This document shows, piece by piece, positions 14,539 to 28,319 of a stretch of 64,000 bases of DNA. The notes under the pieces are model-generated. The model was not told where the DNA came from and did not search any database. It saw only the letters and a program-made list of their open reading frames with translations. The DNA is from Eledone cirrhosa (Eukaryota). The translations under genes and the position numbers were made by a program. Numbering within the stretch: the first letter of the stretch is position 1; every line of letters starts with the position of its first letter. The stretch covers positions 84,816,001 through 84,880,000 of the forward strand of contig OZ024745.1 of NCBI GenBank assembly GCA_964016885.1. Reading direction: 5' to 3'.

Positions 14539-14578
14539 GCCCTTGAGAAGCCCAACTGGGCGAAACGTACGTAGGTGC
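14539..14578 (+). ncRNA. Minimal hammerhead ribozyme, U3:A8 core, in a ~215-bp solo pLTR-like fragment (14420-14635)
   Basis: GCCC-TTGAGAA-GCCC(AACT)GGGC-GAAA-CGTACG-TA-GGTGC. Confidence 0.75.
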
Positions 14579-14667
14579 TGTTTTAAATAAACATGTTTTA
14601 ACGGTCTCTTCTTCGATTTCTTACTTTCCCACATATGTATATATACATATATATTTATATACATATA

Positions 14668-14776
<109 letters not shown>

Positions 14777-14841
14777 ATATATATATATATATGTTTATAT
14801 ATATATATGTGGGTATGTATATAAATATATATATATATAAG

Positions 14842-14894
<53 letters not shown>

Positions 14895-15008
14895 ATATAT
14901 ATATATGTATATATATATGTATATATATATATGTATGTATATATATGTATATATATGTATATATATGTGTATATATATATGTATGTATATATATATATAT
15001 ATATATAT

Positions 15009-18000
15009 ATAATTTAATATATCAACTAACATAAGCGCACAGATGCACGCCCATGCCAGCAAATACACAGGTTATGTCATAGTACCTAGGTGGTTCAATG
15101 CAGGAGAATGCAGAACAATAATATATAGGACGTAAAATAAGAAAATATTTTTTTAAAAAAAATTTAAAAAAAATTTTTTCTTACTTAAATTTTCACTCCA
15201 ACTAATTAGTTTCTGCAATGGGATAAAGACAGTTACGTAATCCAACTGTCGAGAATTCATTGCGTCATCAGGAAGTCTATTCTCAGTTAAGTCTCCAGGC
15301 AATGCGCGGACACTGGCGGCTCATATAAAAATAATAATAATTCGGTAGATCGAACAGCTTGCGAGGACTGGATTCTATGTACCGAAATTCTCACTGCTTC
15401 AAGTCAAATGGCCGATTCTAAAGAATCAATCACGTGACACAGAGGCTAGTTAGAAGGAATGGGATGGTAAGATGACTGACGCCTACTAACACCCCAAAAA
15501 AAATTTTTTTAGAAGTGGTTTTGACAAGTTTGCTCGACAAATCAGTGATTTGGAGATAAATATAGATAATTTAATATATCAACTAACATAAGCGCACAGA
15601 TGCACGCCCATGCCAGCAAATACACAGGTTATGTCATAGTACCTAGGTGGTTCAATGCAGGAGAATGCAGAACAATAATATATAGGACGTAAAATAAGAA
15701 AATATTTTTTTAAAAAAAAATTTAAAAAAAATTTTTTTCTTACTTAAATTTTCACTCCAACTAATTAGTTTCTGCAATGGGATAAAGACAGTTACGTAAT
15801 CCAACTGTCGAGAATTCATTGCGTCATCAGGAAGTCTATTCTCAGTTAAGTCTCCAGGCAATGCGCGGACACTGGCGGCTCATATAAAAATAATAATAAT
15901 TCGGTAGATCGAACAGCTTGCGAGGACTGGATTCTATGTACCGAAATTCTCACTGCTTCAAGTCAAATGGCCGATTCTAAAGAATCAATCACGTGACACA
16001 GAGGCTAGTTAGAAGGAATGGGATGGTAAGATGACTGACGCCTACTAACACCCCAAAAAAATTTTTTTTAGAAGTGGTTTTGACAAGTTTGCTCGACAAA
16101 TCAGTGATTTGGAGATAAATATAGATAATTTAATATATCAACTAACATAAGCGCACAGATGCACGCCCATGCCAGCAAATACACAGGTTATGTCATAGTA
16201 CCTAGGTGGTTCAATGCAGGAGAATGCAGAACAATAATATATAGGACGTAAAATAAGAAAATATTTTTTTAAAAAAAATTTAAAAAAAATTTTTTTCTTA
16301 CTTAAATTTTCACTCCAACTAATTAGTTTCTGCAATGGGATAAAGACAGTTACGTAATCCAACTGTCGAGAATTCATTGCGTCATCAGGAAGTCTATTCT
16401 CAGTTAAGTCTCCAGGCAATGCGCGGACACTGGCGGCTCATATAAAAATAATAATAATTCGGTAGATCGAACAGCTTGCGAGGACTGGATTCTATGTACC
16501 GAAATTCTCACTGCTTCAAGTCAAATGGCCGATTCTAAAGAATCAATCACGTGACACAGAGGCTAGTTAGAAGGAATGGGATGGTAAGATGACTGACGCC
16601 TACTAACACCCCAAAAAAAATTTTTTTAGAAGTGGTTTTGACAAGTTTGCTCGACAAATCAGTGATTTGGAGATAAATATAGATAATTTAATATATCAAC
16701 TAACATAAGCGCACAGATGCACGCCCATGCCAGCAAATACACAGGTTATGTCATAGTACCTAGGTGGTTCAATGCAGTAGAATGCAGAACAATAATATAT
16801 AGGACGTAAAATAAGAAAATATTTTTTTAAAAAAAATTTAAAAAAAATTTTTTTCTTACTTAAATTTTCACTCCAACTAATTAGTTTCTGCAATGGGATA
16901 AAGACAGTTACGTAATCCAACTGTCGAGAATTCATTGCGTCATCAGGAAGTCTATTCTCAGTTAAGTCTCCAGGCAATGCGCGGACACTGGCGGCTCATA
17001 TAAAAATAATAATAATTCGGTAGATCGAACAGCTTGCGAGGACTGGATTCTATGTACCGAAATTCTCACTGCTTCAAGTCAAATGGCCGATTCTAAAGAA
17101 TCAATCACGTGACACAGAGGCTAGTTAGAAGGAATGGGATGGTAAGATGACTGACGCCTACTAACACCCCAAAAAAAATTTTTTTAGAAGTGGTTTTGAC
17201 AAGTTTGCTCGACAAATCAGTGATTTGGAGATAAATATAGATAATTTAATATATCAACTAACATAAGCGCACAGATGCACGCCCATGCCAGCAAATACAC
17301 AGGTTATGTCATAGTACCTAGGTGGTTCAATGCAGGAGAATGCAGAACAATAATATATAGGACGTAAAATAAGAAAATATTTTTTTAAAAAAAATTTAAA
17401 AAAAATTTTTTTCTTACTTAAATTTTCACTCCAACTAATTAGTTTCTGCAATGGGATAAAGACAGTTACGTAATCCAACTGTCGAGAATTCATTGCGTCA
17501 TCAGGAAGTCTATTCTCAGTTAAGTCTCCAGGCAATGCGCGGACACTGGCGGCTCATATAAAAATAATAATAATTCGGTAGATCGAACAGCTTGCGAGGA
17601 CTGGATTCTATGTACCGAAATTCTCACTGCTTCAAGTCAAATGGCCGATTCTAAAGAATCAATCACGTGACACAGAGGCTAGTTAGAAGGAATGGGATGG
17701 TAAGATGACTGACGCCTACTAACACCCCAAAAAAAATTTTTTTAGAAGTGGTTTTGACAAGTTTGCTCGACAAATCAGTGATTTGGAGATAAATATAGAT
17801 AATTTAATATATCAACTAACATAAGCGCACAGATGCACGCCCATGCCAGCAAATACACAGGTTATGTCATAGTACCTAGGTGGTTCAATGCAGGAGAATG
17901 CAGAACAATAATATATAGGACGTAAAATAAGAAAATATTTTTTTAAAAAAAATTTAAAAAAAATTTTTTTCTTACTTAAATTTTCACTCCAACTAATTAG

Positions 18001-18141
18001 TTTCTGCAATGGGATAAAGACAGTTACGTAATCCAACTGTCGAGAATTCATTGCGTCATCAGGAAGTCTATTCTCAGTTAAGTCTCCAGGCAATGCGCGG
18101 ACACTGGCGGCTCATATAAAAATAATAATAATTCGGTAGAT
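15009..18141 (-). mobile_element. Tandem array of a 558-bp HHR-containing unit (~5.6 copies), retrozyme-like
   Basis: Period 558-559 bp with near-identical units. HHRs at 15195-15276, 15754-15835, 16312-16393, 16870-16951, 17428-17509 and 17986-18067. Confidence 0.9.
15195..15276 (-). ncRNA. Type I hammerhead ribozyme of the 558-bp unit (first of six minus-strand copies)
   Basis: Minus strand reads ACTTC-CTGATGA-CGCAATG...GACAGTT/AACTGTC...CATTGCA-GAAA-CTAATTAG-TT-GGAGT. Confidence 0.85.
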
Positions 18142-19318
18142 TTAAGTAAGAAAAAAATTTTTTTTAAATTTTTTTTAAAAAAATATTTTCTTATTTTACG
18201 TCCTATATATTATTGTTCTGCATTCTCCTGCATTGAACCACCTAGGTACTATGACATAACCTGTGTATTTGCTGGCATGGGCGTGCATCTGTGCGCTTAT
18301 GTTAGTTGATATATTAAATTATCTATATTTATCTCCAAATCACTGATTTGTCGAGCAAACTTGTCAAAACCACTTCTAAAAAAATTTTTTTTGGGGTGTT
18401 AGTAGGCGTCAGTCATCTTACCATCCCATTCCTTCTAACTAGCCTCTGTGTCACGTGATTGATTCTTTAGAATCGGCCATTTGACTTGAAGCAGTGAGAA
18501 TTTCGGTACATAGAATCCAGTCCTCGCAAGCTGTTCGATCTACCGAATTATTATTATTTTTATATGAGCCGCCAGTGTCCGCGCATTGCCTGGAGACTTA
18601 ACTGAGAATAGACTTCCTGATGACGCAATGAATTCTCGACAGTTGGATTACGTAACTGTCTTTATCCCATTGCAGGAACTAATTAGTTGGAGTGAAAATT
18701 TAAGTAAGAAAAAAATTTTTTTTAAATTTTTTTTTAAAAAAATATTTTCTTATTTTACGTCCTATATATTATTGTTCTGCATTCTCCTGCATTGAACCAC
18801 CTAGGTACTATGACATAACCTGTGTATTTGCTGGCATGGGCGTGCATCTGTGCGCTTATGTTAGTTGATATATTAAATTATCTATATTTATCTCCAAATC
18901 ACTGATTTGTCGAGCAAACTTGTCAAAACCACTTCTAAAAAAATTTTTTTTGGGGTGTTAGTAGGCGTCAGTCATCTTACCATCCCATTCCTTCTAACTA
19001 GCCTCTGTGTCACGTGATTGATTCTTTAGAATCGGCCATTTGACTTGAAGCAGTGAGAATTTCGGTACATAGAATCCAGTCCTCGCAAGCTGTTCGATCT
19101 ACCGAATTATTATTATTTTTATATGAGCCGCCAGTGTCCGCGCATTGCCTGGAGACTTAACTGAGAATAGACTTCCTGATGACGCAATGAATTCTCGACA
19201 GTTGGATTACGTAACTGTCTTTATCCCATTGCAGAAACTAATTAGTTGGAGTGAAAATTTAAGTAAGAAAAAAATTTTTTTTAAATTTTTTTTAAAAAAA
19301 TATTTTCTTATTTTACGT

Positions 19319-19321
<3 letters not shown>
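18142..19321 (+). mobile_element. Inverted arm of the same 558-bp array (~2.1 copies)
   Basis: Reverse complement of the upstream units. Junction CGGTAGAT|TTAAGTAAG. HHRs at 18612-18693 (GAAA changed to GGAA) and 19171-19252 (intact). Confidence 0.9.
19171..19252 (+). ncRNA. Type I hammerhead ribozyme of the 558-bp unit
   Basis: ACTTC-CTGATGA-CGCAATG...CATTGCA-GAAA-CTAATTAG-TT-GGAGT. Confidence 0.85.
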
Positions 19322-19399
<78 letters not shown>

Positions 19400-21962
19400 G
19401 TACAACATCCTACTGCTGGGAGACTTCAACCTACCAAAGGTCAAATGGCCTGAGGGCCACCTCCTCCCTGGAATGACGTCAATAGAACAGAGACAGACGG
19501 AATCCCTGCTGGCCCTCACACACAGGCTGTTCATGGAGCAAGCGATACTCCTCCCAACAAGAGGCGAAAATGTCCTGGACCTCTGTTTTACAAACAACGA
19601 AGTGCTCATCCAGAATGTAAAGGTGACACCAACAATTCTCTCGGATCATAACTTGGTAGAGCTAATGATATGTGGTCCAAGAGAACCAACAGAGACAAAA
19701 CCACCAAGAAGCTCCGGGACGCTATCCAGCCTTAACTTCTACGGGGCTGACTGGAAGAAGATTAAGAGTGAAATCCGGAAGCAAACATGGAGTGCAAACA
19801 TCGCCACACAAGACACTAACACACAATTTCAACAATTCATGACAACGATACACACCATATGCAAAAAGTGTGTCCCGGAGAAAGAGGCAAACAGACACAA
19901 AAATCTTATTCCCAGAGATAGGAAAATCCTTATGAGACGTAGAACTAAACTCTCAAACCAGTTGAATAGTCAACAAAACCAAAACAAGAAGGAATCCTAT
20001 TTGAAACGTGCACTACTTGACACCGAGATTGCACTCAAGCTTTCACATGAGAATGAGAGGGCAAGGAAAGAGAACAGGGCCATAGAAAACATTAAAACAA
20101 ACCCTAAGGCCTTCTTTAAATTTGCAAAAGAAACTGCCTCAGTACACTGCAAGATTGGACCACTCTTCCACACGGACGGTTCATTAACCGAAAATCCCCA
20201 AGAGATATGTGAAATACTGAACGAACAGTACAAAAGTGTCTTCACATGTCCACTGAGGCACATGCAAATAACGAAGCCAGAGGAGTTCTTTGATGCCACA
20301 ACACTACATCAAGAAATGGCAACCATCAACCACATAGACATAACGGAGGAGGATGTGGTGTACGCCATTGATGAAATTAGAACAGACTCGGCTGCTGGAC
20401 CTGATGGATTCCCAGCAGTTCTCCTAAAAATATGTAAGCGGGCCTTAGCAACTCCACTGAAGATGCTCTTCAGAAGCTCCTTGGCTAGCGGTGTACTACC
20501 CAGGGAGCTGAAAGAAGGCACAATATGCCCTATCCATAAAGGAGGTAGTAGAGCGGAGGCCAAGAACTATAGGCCAGTCTCCCTGACGTCGCATATCAGT
20601 AAGGTCATGGAGCGAGTCGTCAGAAAGAAACTAATCACTTTCCTCGAAGAAAATGACCGCCTGACTAGCACGCAACATGGCTTCCGCCCAGGAAGAAGCT
20701 GCCTTACACAGCTGCTACATCACTACGACTGGGTACTGAGACAACTACTAGACAGCTCACATGTAGACGTGATATATCTTGACTTTGCGAAGGCCTTTGA
20801 CAAGGTCGACCACGGAATGATATGTCACAAACTACACGGACTCGGCATAACTGGAAAAGTAGGTGAGTGGCTGCATGGCTTCCTAAGGGACAGAAACCAG
20901 GCAGTCGCAGCAAATGGGGCCCTCTCGAGGGAAACACCGATAACAAGTGGGGTGCCTCAGGGGACAGTCCTGGGACCACTACTGTTTTTGGTGGCTCTCT
21001 CGGACATGCCCTCTGTGGTGCATGCAACAACATCCCTCACTAGCTATGCTGATGACACTAAGGTAGCACAGGCAATCAAGGACCCGGCTGACGCTGCCCT
21101 CTTACAGCAGGATCTGGATGCCATATACAGATGGGCGAAAGAAAACAACATGCAGTTTAATGCTGGCAAATTCCAAGCCCTACAATACAAACCTGCAAAC
21201 ACAAACACAAATATAGCGGAACACAGCTACACAGGACCAGGAGGGACCGATATCCCCGTGTCAAAATCGATACGAGACCTGGGCATAGACATGAGCGATG
21301 ATGCATCTTTTTCTGCACACATCATGAAGGTGGCGACAGCATGTAGACGATTCGCTGGCTGGATCTTGAGGACTTTCCTTACAAGAGATCGAGACACCAT
21401 GTTGACACTGTGGAGGACTTTTGTCCTAAGCCGCCTGGACTACTGCTCCCAGCTGTGGTCACCCCATAGTGTCAAACTAACCACGGAGCTTGAGGCAATC
21501 CAGCGAAGCTACACCAAGAGGATTGCCAAGATGAGGGAGACAAGCTACTGGGAGAGGCTGAAGGAACTGAACCTCTACTCCTTGGAGCGAAGACGGGAGA
21601 GATACGCAGTGATCTACATGTGGAAAATCCTGGAGGGACTAGCACCAAACTTTGGCATTGGGAGCTGGACCAACCGTCGAACAGGACGTCACTGTGTGGT
21701 GCCAAAGGTCCCGTCTTCCAGATCTAGAATAAGGAGCAGGTATTGCAATAGCCTGGGATTCAAGGGCCCTCAACTCTTCAACAGGCTGCCGAGGCATCTG
21801 CGAGACTTGCATGACGTGGAGGTGGATGTCTTTAAGAAACATCTCGACACCTTCTTATCCAGGATCCCGGATGAGCCCACAGCAAGACACGAGGGAAACC
21901 TAAGGGCAGCAGCAACAAACTCCCTCCTACACCAGTGGCCAACCTATACAGGTTGGAGATAA
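19400..21962 (+). CDS. 5'-truncated ORF2 of a CR1-group LINE (APE endonuclease C-half + reverse transcriptase); 3' UTR to ~22037
   Basis: APE motifs LLGDFN, LDLCF and SDHNLV. RT motifs [34 protein letters not shown] and YADD. The frame is open, and the listed ATG at 19386 comes from the TA tract. Confidence 0.93.
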
Positions 21963-22057
21963 AATGTGTAGCAACAAGGGCGGTGCCCCAGCATGGCCTC
22001 AGCCGGACGGCTGAAACAGGTAAAAGAGTAAAAGAGTATGTATATATATATGTATAA

Positions 22058-22130
<73 letters not shown>

Positions 22131-22156
22131 CATATATACATATATATATACATACA

Positions 22157-22188
<32 letters not shown>

Positions 22189-22199
22189 CATATATATAC

Positions 22200-22230
<31 letters not shown>

Positions 22231-22351
22231 CATACATATATATATATATATACATATATATATACATACATATATATATATATATATACATACATATATA
22301 TATATATACATAAATATATATGTATATATATATACATATATATATACATAC

Positions 22352-22456
<105 letters not shown>

Positions 22457-22461
22457 CACAC

Positions 22462-22515
<54 letters not shown>

Positions 22516-22528
22516 TTAATAAAGGAAA

Positions 22529-22575
<47 letters not shown>

Positions 22576-22742
22576 TATATACATACATATATATATGTAT
22601 ATATATATATATGTATATATATGTATATATACATACATATATATATACATACTTATATATATGTATATATATACATATATATATATATACATACATATAT
22701 ATATATACATACATATATATATGTATATATATACATATATAT

Positions 22743-23030
22743 ATGTTTATATTAATAAAAGGTATTCCAACTTTGTATATATATATACTGTTGAAAATTG
22801 CTAACTTGACTGTCACCACACATTATGAACCTGAAGATTGCGAAAGCATGAAACTACTTGTTCAATTAACACTTAACATTTAATATTCTATCATACTATT
22901 TCATTATAATACCATTATAAATATTAAAGTATTGTAAATAAAACGAGTAAATCAGACAAAGTTGGAATTCCTTTTATTAATATAATCTTCTATACACAAT
23001 CACACACACCAGTGTATATTTATCTATCTA
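22743..23030 (+). mobile_element. Short HHR-bearing pLTR-like element with an inverted terminal segment (second copy at 48722-49010)
   Basis: TATTAATAAAAGGTATTCCAACTTTGT at ~22748 is an inverted copy of ~22956-22982. The HHR lies between them. Confidence 0.7.
22826..22864 (+). ncRNA. Minimal hammerhead ribozyme (slightly degenerate stem III)
   Basis: TGAAC-CTGAAGA-TTGC(GAAA)GCAT-GAAA-CTAC-TT-GTTCA. Combining it with the 48800 copy gives a consensus palindromic GTAC. Confidence 0.7.
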
Positions 23031-23145
23031 TATATCTATATATATGTATGTATATATGTATATATCAAAGGGCAAAGGAGCTCTTAAGAGTCAATGGCCA
23101 TCCAAAATCACCGGGAGAGATGACCCCTTAGCCTTTGTCAAGGCA

Positions 23146-23478
23146 GAATTCTAGGAGAAGGAAAACTTTGATATAACACCTGCAACCCTGATGGTATCCA
23201 ATGATGTTGACTTGTTCTTCTTTTTGGTAAATATCATCTTGGTTAAAAGCTTCACGGCACAGGCATTGCTTCATATCTGTAGATCTCTCTGCACATGTCG
23301 TCACATGGTACCATGGGCCCAGCACTGTGTGTCAATAATTGTCACAGGTATAGTGTTTGTACCAGAGTTTTCAAGTCGCTGGCTAGACTAAAAAGTCACA
23401 CTCGTTCAGCCCATCGGTGGGGGTTCTCCTACATGGATATAAAGTAGTGGCCGTACTCGAAAACGAGTTGGCAGCCCC
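23146..23478. repeat. Unclassified interspersed repeat (second copy at 61186-61558)
   Basis: Clear similarity between the two copies, with a ~39-bp indel. No recognisable protein or HHR. Confidence 0.75.
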
Positions 23479-23513
23479 CATATATATATATATATATGTA
23501 TATATATGTATAC

Positions 23514-23623
<110 letters not shown>

Positions 23624-23803
23624 GTATATACATATATGTATATATATATGTATATATGTATATATATATGTTTATATTTATATATGTATATATATATATT
23701 TATATATGTATATATATAAATGGAATAGAATGAAACGAAATTTCATTTCTCACTCTTAGTACGGCACTTATACTGTATATATATATATATGTATATATAT
23801 ATT

Positions 23804-23915
<112 letters not shown>

Positions 23916-23921
23916 TATATG

Positions 23922-23990
<69 letters not shown>

Positions 23991-24782
23991 GTATATATGT
24001 ATATTTATGTATACATATATGTATATTTATGTATATAGTTAGAGAAGCAAAAAATTGCTTACTGTGATTCAGTTTTTGGTTAAGAAAGCCAGTTTCATGG
24101 ATGGTTTCAACGTACGGTTAGGGGTAACTCCACAAGTTTGTAAGAATTCCGTTCAATCTTGTCCATTACAAAATGAATGTATGCAGTCTAACCTGGTTTA
24201 TCAATGCACAGTGGAATCAGACAACCACAAATGGTATTACATCGGAGCGACTGAGAATACATTTAAAGCTCGTTGGTATACACACCGTTACGCAATGAAA
24301 CATTCCCAGCACCGTTATGTAACTACCCTTGCAAACAAGACCTGGCAACTGACGGAAAGTAACCATCAATACACCCTGAAGTGGAAAAAATTATCGAACG
24401 CGCCCCGAGATCGGAGTGGTATGAGAAGCTGTCGATTATGCGACCTTGACTGTTCCACATATTAAGTTCGAAGAATAGGTTACTCAACAATAAAATCGAG
24501 AGATCAATTTATTGTAACCATTAACTCAAAGAAAAATTTTCGCACTACAAATCGAACCCTTAACTTCTTACTACCAACTGACAAACTGCATATACTTAGA
24601 CTTTATACCCTCTTATATCTAAACCCTTTAATTACCCACAAACCAATACATATATCCCCTCTTCTCCCTCATTCCTCCTCTATTTCTTCGTTTTCTTCCT
24701 TCCTTCCCCTTCTTGGTTATCTTTTCTTTTCTTCTTTCTCACCCCCTTCTTTGCTTTTATTTTTGTCATTATTATCTTTATC

Positions 24783-24829
<47 letters not shown>

Positions 24830-25122
24830 TTATATCTCCCCCACCCCTTTCTCTCCCACTATTATCTATTTAATTCTCTTTAACTCACTACACTCCACGA
24901 CATGATGTCTGCTATCAAAACTGACCAAAGAATCCTTCCACCTCTACCTCTCCCTCCATCTCAGTTTGTCATTCTACTTTCTACCTCTTCCCCCTTCCCT
25001 CTCTCTCTATACTATGCCGTCTGTTCCCTCACCTTCTGATTCCTCTCTCTCTATACTAGTAAATACAATTCCAAATAAATGTTTTTCTCTATATATTATG
25101 AATTATTTCAAGAGTAACTTAC

Positions 25123-25224
25123 TATTTTGAAAATTTGGACTGTGAACAACAATTATAATTGAGTGGCTGCTATTTGCAGTATAGCAATATAAGGTTGCAC
25201 TTACCAATGAAACGGTCGTAAATA
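25123..25224 (+). ncRNA. Hammerhead ribozyme, U3:A8 core, ~65-nt loop II insertion
   Basis: TATT-TTGAAAA-TTTGG...CCAAT-GAAA-CGGTCG-TA-AATA. Same motif at 33197-33298. Confidence 0.65.
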
Positions 25225-25455
25225 CCTGGATAAAATCCTTCTCTTAATGCTTACCTGTGTTTTCTCTTTTATACTTTATACTCCAAGATTGAACGGAATT
25301 CTTACAAACTTGTGGAGTTACCCCTAACCGTATGTTGAAACCATCCATGAAACTGGCTTTCTTAACCAAAACCTGGATCACAATAAGCAATTTTTTGCTT
25401 CTCTAACTACAGGCTCCTTATCGGTCGAGCAACCACCTAAACATACGGTACTACT

Positions 25456-27788
25456 ATGGAAAAGCATTACATAGGTATGTCCCTAAAGAACATTCCTATA
25501 CCTCGGAGAAAGGATTATACTCTCGGGATGATACAGCGAACAAACGACTTTATACGCAGAGTTAGATGGAAAACTTTCCATTTCGACAAAGGACGTAATG
25601 GTCGCACCGTGGAATATAACAAGGAAACAAATCGTGTAAAAACCCACCTACCAACCCCCAACTGGATGCCTTTGAACAGGACTTACTGAAGATGATTATG
25701 AATATCAAATTCAAAAAGCAGAGGAATAATAAACTCCAGAATGACATAAATACATTCCTAAAAAAGCTGCGAACCACCAATGAAATTATTGTCAAAGCGG
25801 ACAAAACATCAAATGTGTATACGATGGATGTTAATACATACAATATCTTCATACGGAAGGAATTACATAGGAAATACAAAAAAAACAAATGAGGCGGCAC
25901 TGATAAACATCAACAACGAGGCACACAATATAGTGAAACACCTAGGAATAGACGACAGAACGGAGCCACTTAAGCCATGTACCCCCACATTTAACCTCAA
26001 AGACCACAAGGTAAATTTTGATTATAACCCCACTATTAGACTTATATGCCCATCCAAATCGGACATCGAGAAAATTAGTAAACATATATTAGACAGAGTG
26101 ATAGCACAAATGAAGAATAAACTAGTGATTAAACTATGGGGTAACGCTACCGAAACAATATAGCTAACAAAGAAGTATCTAAATTTATACAATTTGACAT
26201 TAACAATTATTACTCATCTATATCCCCCAACACCTTGGATAAAGCCTTAGCATTCGCCAAAGCCAATTCTGACATAACAGACGACGAGATAAAAATCATA
26301 TTAGCTGCTAGGAAAACAATAATTAAATTTGAAAACGCCTATTGGGAACGTAAGGATAGATTAAATAACTTTGACATCACGATGGGGGCTAACGACTCGG
26401 CTCAAGTCACAGACTTAGTAGGTATATATATAGCCCATAGTTTACAAAGCGAGTTTAGCGACCTTCACGGTGGAATCTACAGAGACGACGCCCTTCTCCT
26501 AGTTAAGAACCTAAATAACCAGAGCATAGAAAGACTCCGTAAGAATATTAGAAAGACTCTCGGAAAACTAGGCCTTAGCATAACGTATGAGTATAGCACT
26601 AAAACAGTTAACTTTCTAGATGTGACGCTTAACCTAAATACGGGACTTATGAGACCTTTTCACAAGATTAATGAAAACTTAGCATACATCAACTGTAACT
26701 CAAACCACCCACTATCAATAATTAAATCCATTCCACGCAGCATATCCCTTAGGATCTCCCGCCTCTCATCTAACCGACAAATCATCGAAGAACATGCAGA
26801 ATACTACAATACCGCATTAGACAAGGCAGGCCACTTAGATAGTGTAGAATATATAGATGAAAGCCTCCGTGAAGCGCACACGAACACGCATAACATAAAC
26901 TCCAGAAACACACGCATACACGCATTTACGCATAGAACTGCAAAGTATACGGCAAATAGAAATACAACATCGAAATCAAACAAGTCACGCAGTAGAAAAT
27001 ATATTTGGTATAACCCCATATTTAACACCTCTATTAGTACTAACCTACCCTCTACTTTCTTTAGAATAATAAATAGGCACTTTCCAGATTCACATAGATA
27101 CAGCAAATTCCTTAACACTAAATCTATTAGACTATCATACTCCACGGCACTAAATATAGAGGCACACATTAAGATGCTTAACGCTAAAAAGATACATAAC
27201 AACACCAAAACACAAATTTACAACAATAACAATACAATTACCACCGAACACAACAGAATATCTAATACACAACCACCCGCTAATAGGCAAACAAAACGTA
27301 ACACACTTGTTCAGGCATCGCAGCCCACAAATAATGCCAAAGTTGCCCATAACAAGAAATGTAACTGCCACCTACCTGAAACCTGTCCATTACAAAATGA
27401 ATGTATGCAGTCTAACCTGGTTTACCAATGCACAGTGGAATCAGACAACCAGAAATGGTATTACATCGGAGCGACTGGGAATACATTTAAAGCTCGTTCG
27501 TATACACACCGTTACGCAATGAAACATTCCCAGCACCGTTATGTAACTACCGTTGCAAACAAGACCTGGCAACTGAGGGAAAGTAACCATCAATACACCC
27601 TGAAGTGGAAAAAATTATCGAACGCGCCCCCATATCGGAGTGGTATGAGAAGCTGTCGATTATGCGACCTTGAGCTGTTCCACATATTAAGTTCGAAGAA
27701 TAGGTTACTCAACAATAAAATCGAGAGATCAATTTATTGTAACCATAGACTCAAAGAGAAGGTTTCGCACTACAAATCGAACCCTTAA
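25456..27788 (+). pseudogene. Frameshifted PLE RT + GIY-YIG ORF
   Basis: Motifs SLKNIPIP, IVKADKT, LKDHK...PTIRLICP, FDI, MGANDSAQVTDLVG, IYRDD, VNFLDVTL, CNC-x5-CPL and YYIGATGNTFKAR. Broken near 25690, 25890 and 26160. Confidence 0.92.
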
Positions 27789-28011
27789 CCTCTTACTACC
27801 AACTGACAAACTGCATATACTTAGACTTTATACCCTCTTATATCTAAACGCTTTAATTAACCACAAAACCAATACATATATCCCCCTCTTCTCTCTCATT
27901 TCTCTTCTATTTCTTCGTTTTCTTCCTTCCTTCCCCCTTCTTGGCTATCTTTTCTTTTCTTCTTTCTCACCCCCTTCTTTGCTTTTATTTTTGTCATCAT
28001 TATCTTTATCT

Positions 28012-28068
<57 letters not shown>

Positions 28069-28124
28069 AGTATGTATGTATACGTACATACATATATGTA
28101 TACAGACGCACAGTAGCATGCCTG

Positions 28125-28173
<49 letters not shown>

Positions 28174-28319
28174 GCACACATATATATATGCACGTATCAG
28201 TTTACCGAACATTTATTATAATGTTCGCTTTGTTCGTTTGTAAACAAACGGACAGCCTGATTTACGCCGTACAGTGTTCAGGCAACTACGTCACCTTTTT
28301 GTTCAACACTAACACAGGA

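Larger units (their letters stand above)
24036..28020 (+). mobile_element. Near full-length Nematis-like Penelope element: inverted tail (24036-24158), 5' pLTR (~24159-25270), ORF, and a 3' pLTR that resumes at 32896-33348
   Basis: 24159-24790 is a direct repeat of ~27385-28020. 24830-25270 is a direct repeat of 32900-33345. 24036-24158 is an inverted copy of 25285-25409. Confidence 0.9.

Noticed and set aside
15009-18141. CRISPR-like array
   Set aside because: The units are identical over their full length with no unique spacers, and the context is eukaryotic.
15652-19453. Repeated 69-102 aa ORF MPGDLTENRLPDDAMN...
   Set aside because: It has a TTG start, its length shifts with homopolymer indels, it overlaps the HHR, and it is not preserved in the sister family.
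19997-21842. Antisense ORFs over LINE and PLE coding regions (also 26804-27371, 44606-47574 and 56442-58385)
   Set aside because: They are shadow frames of real RT ORFs.
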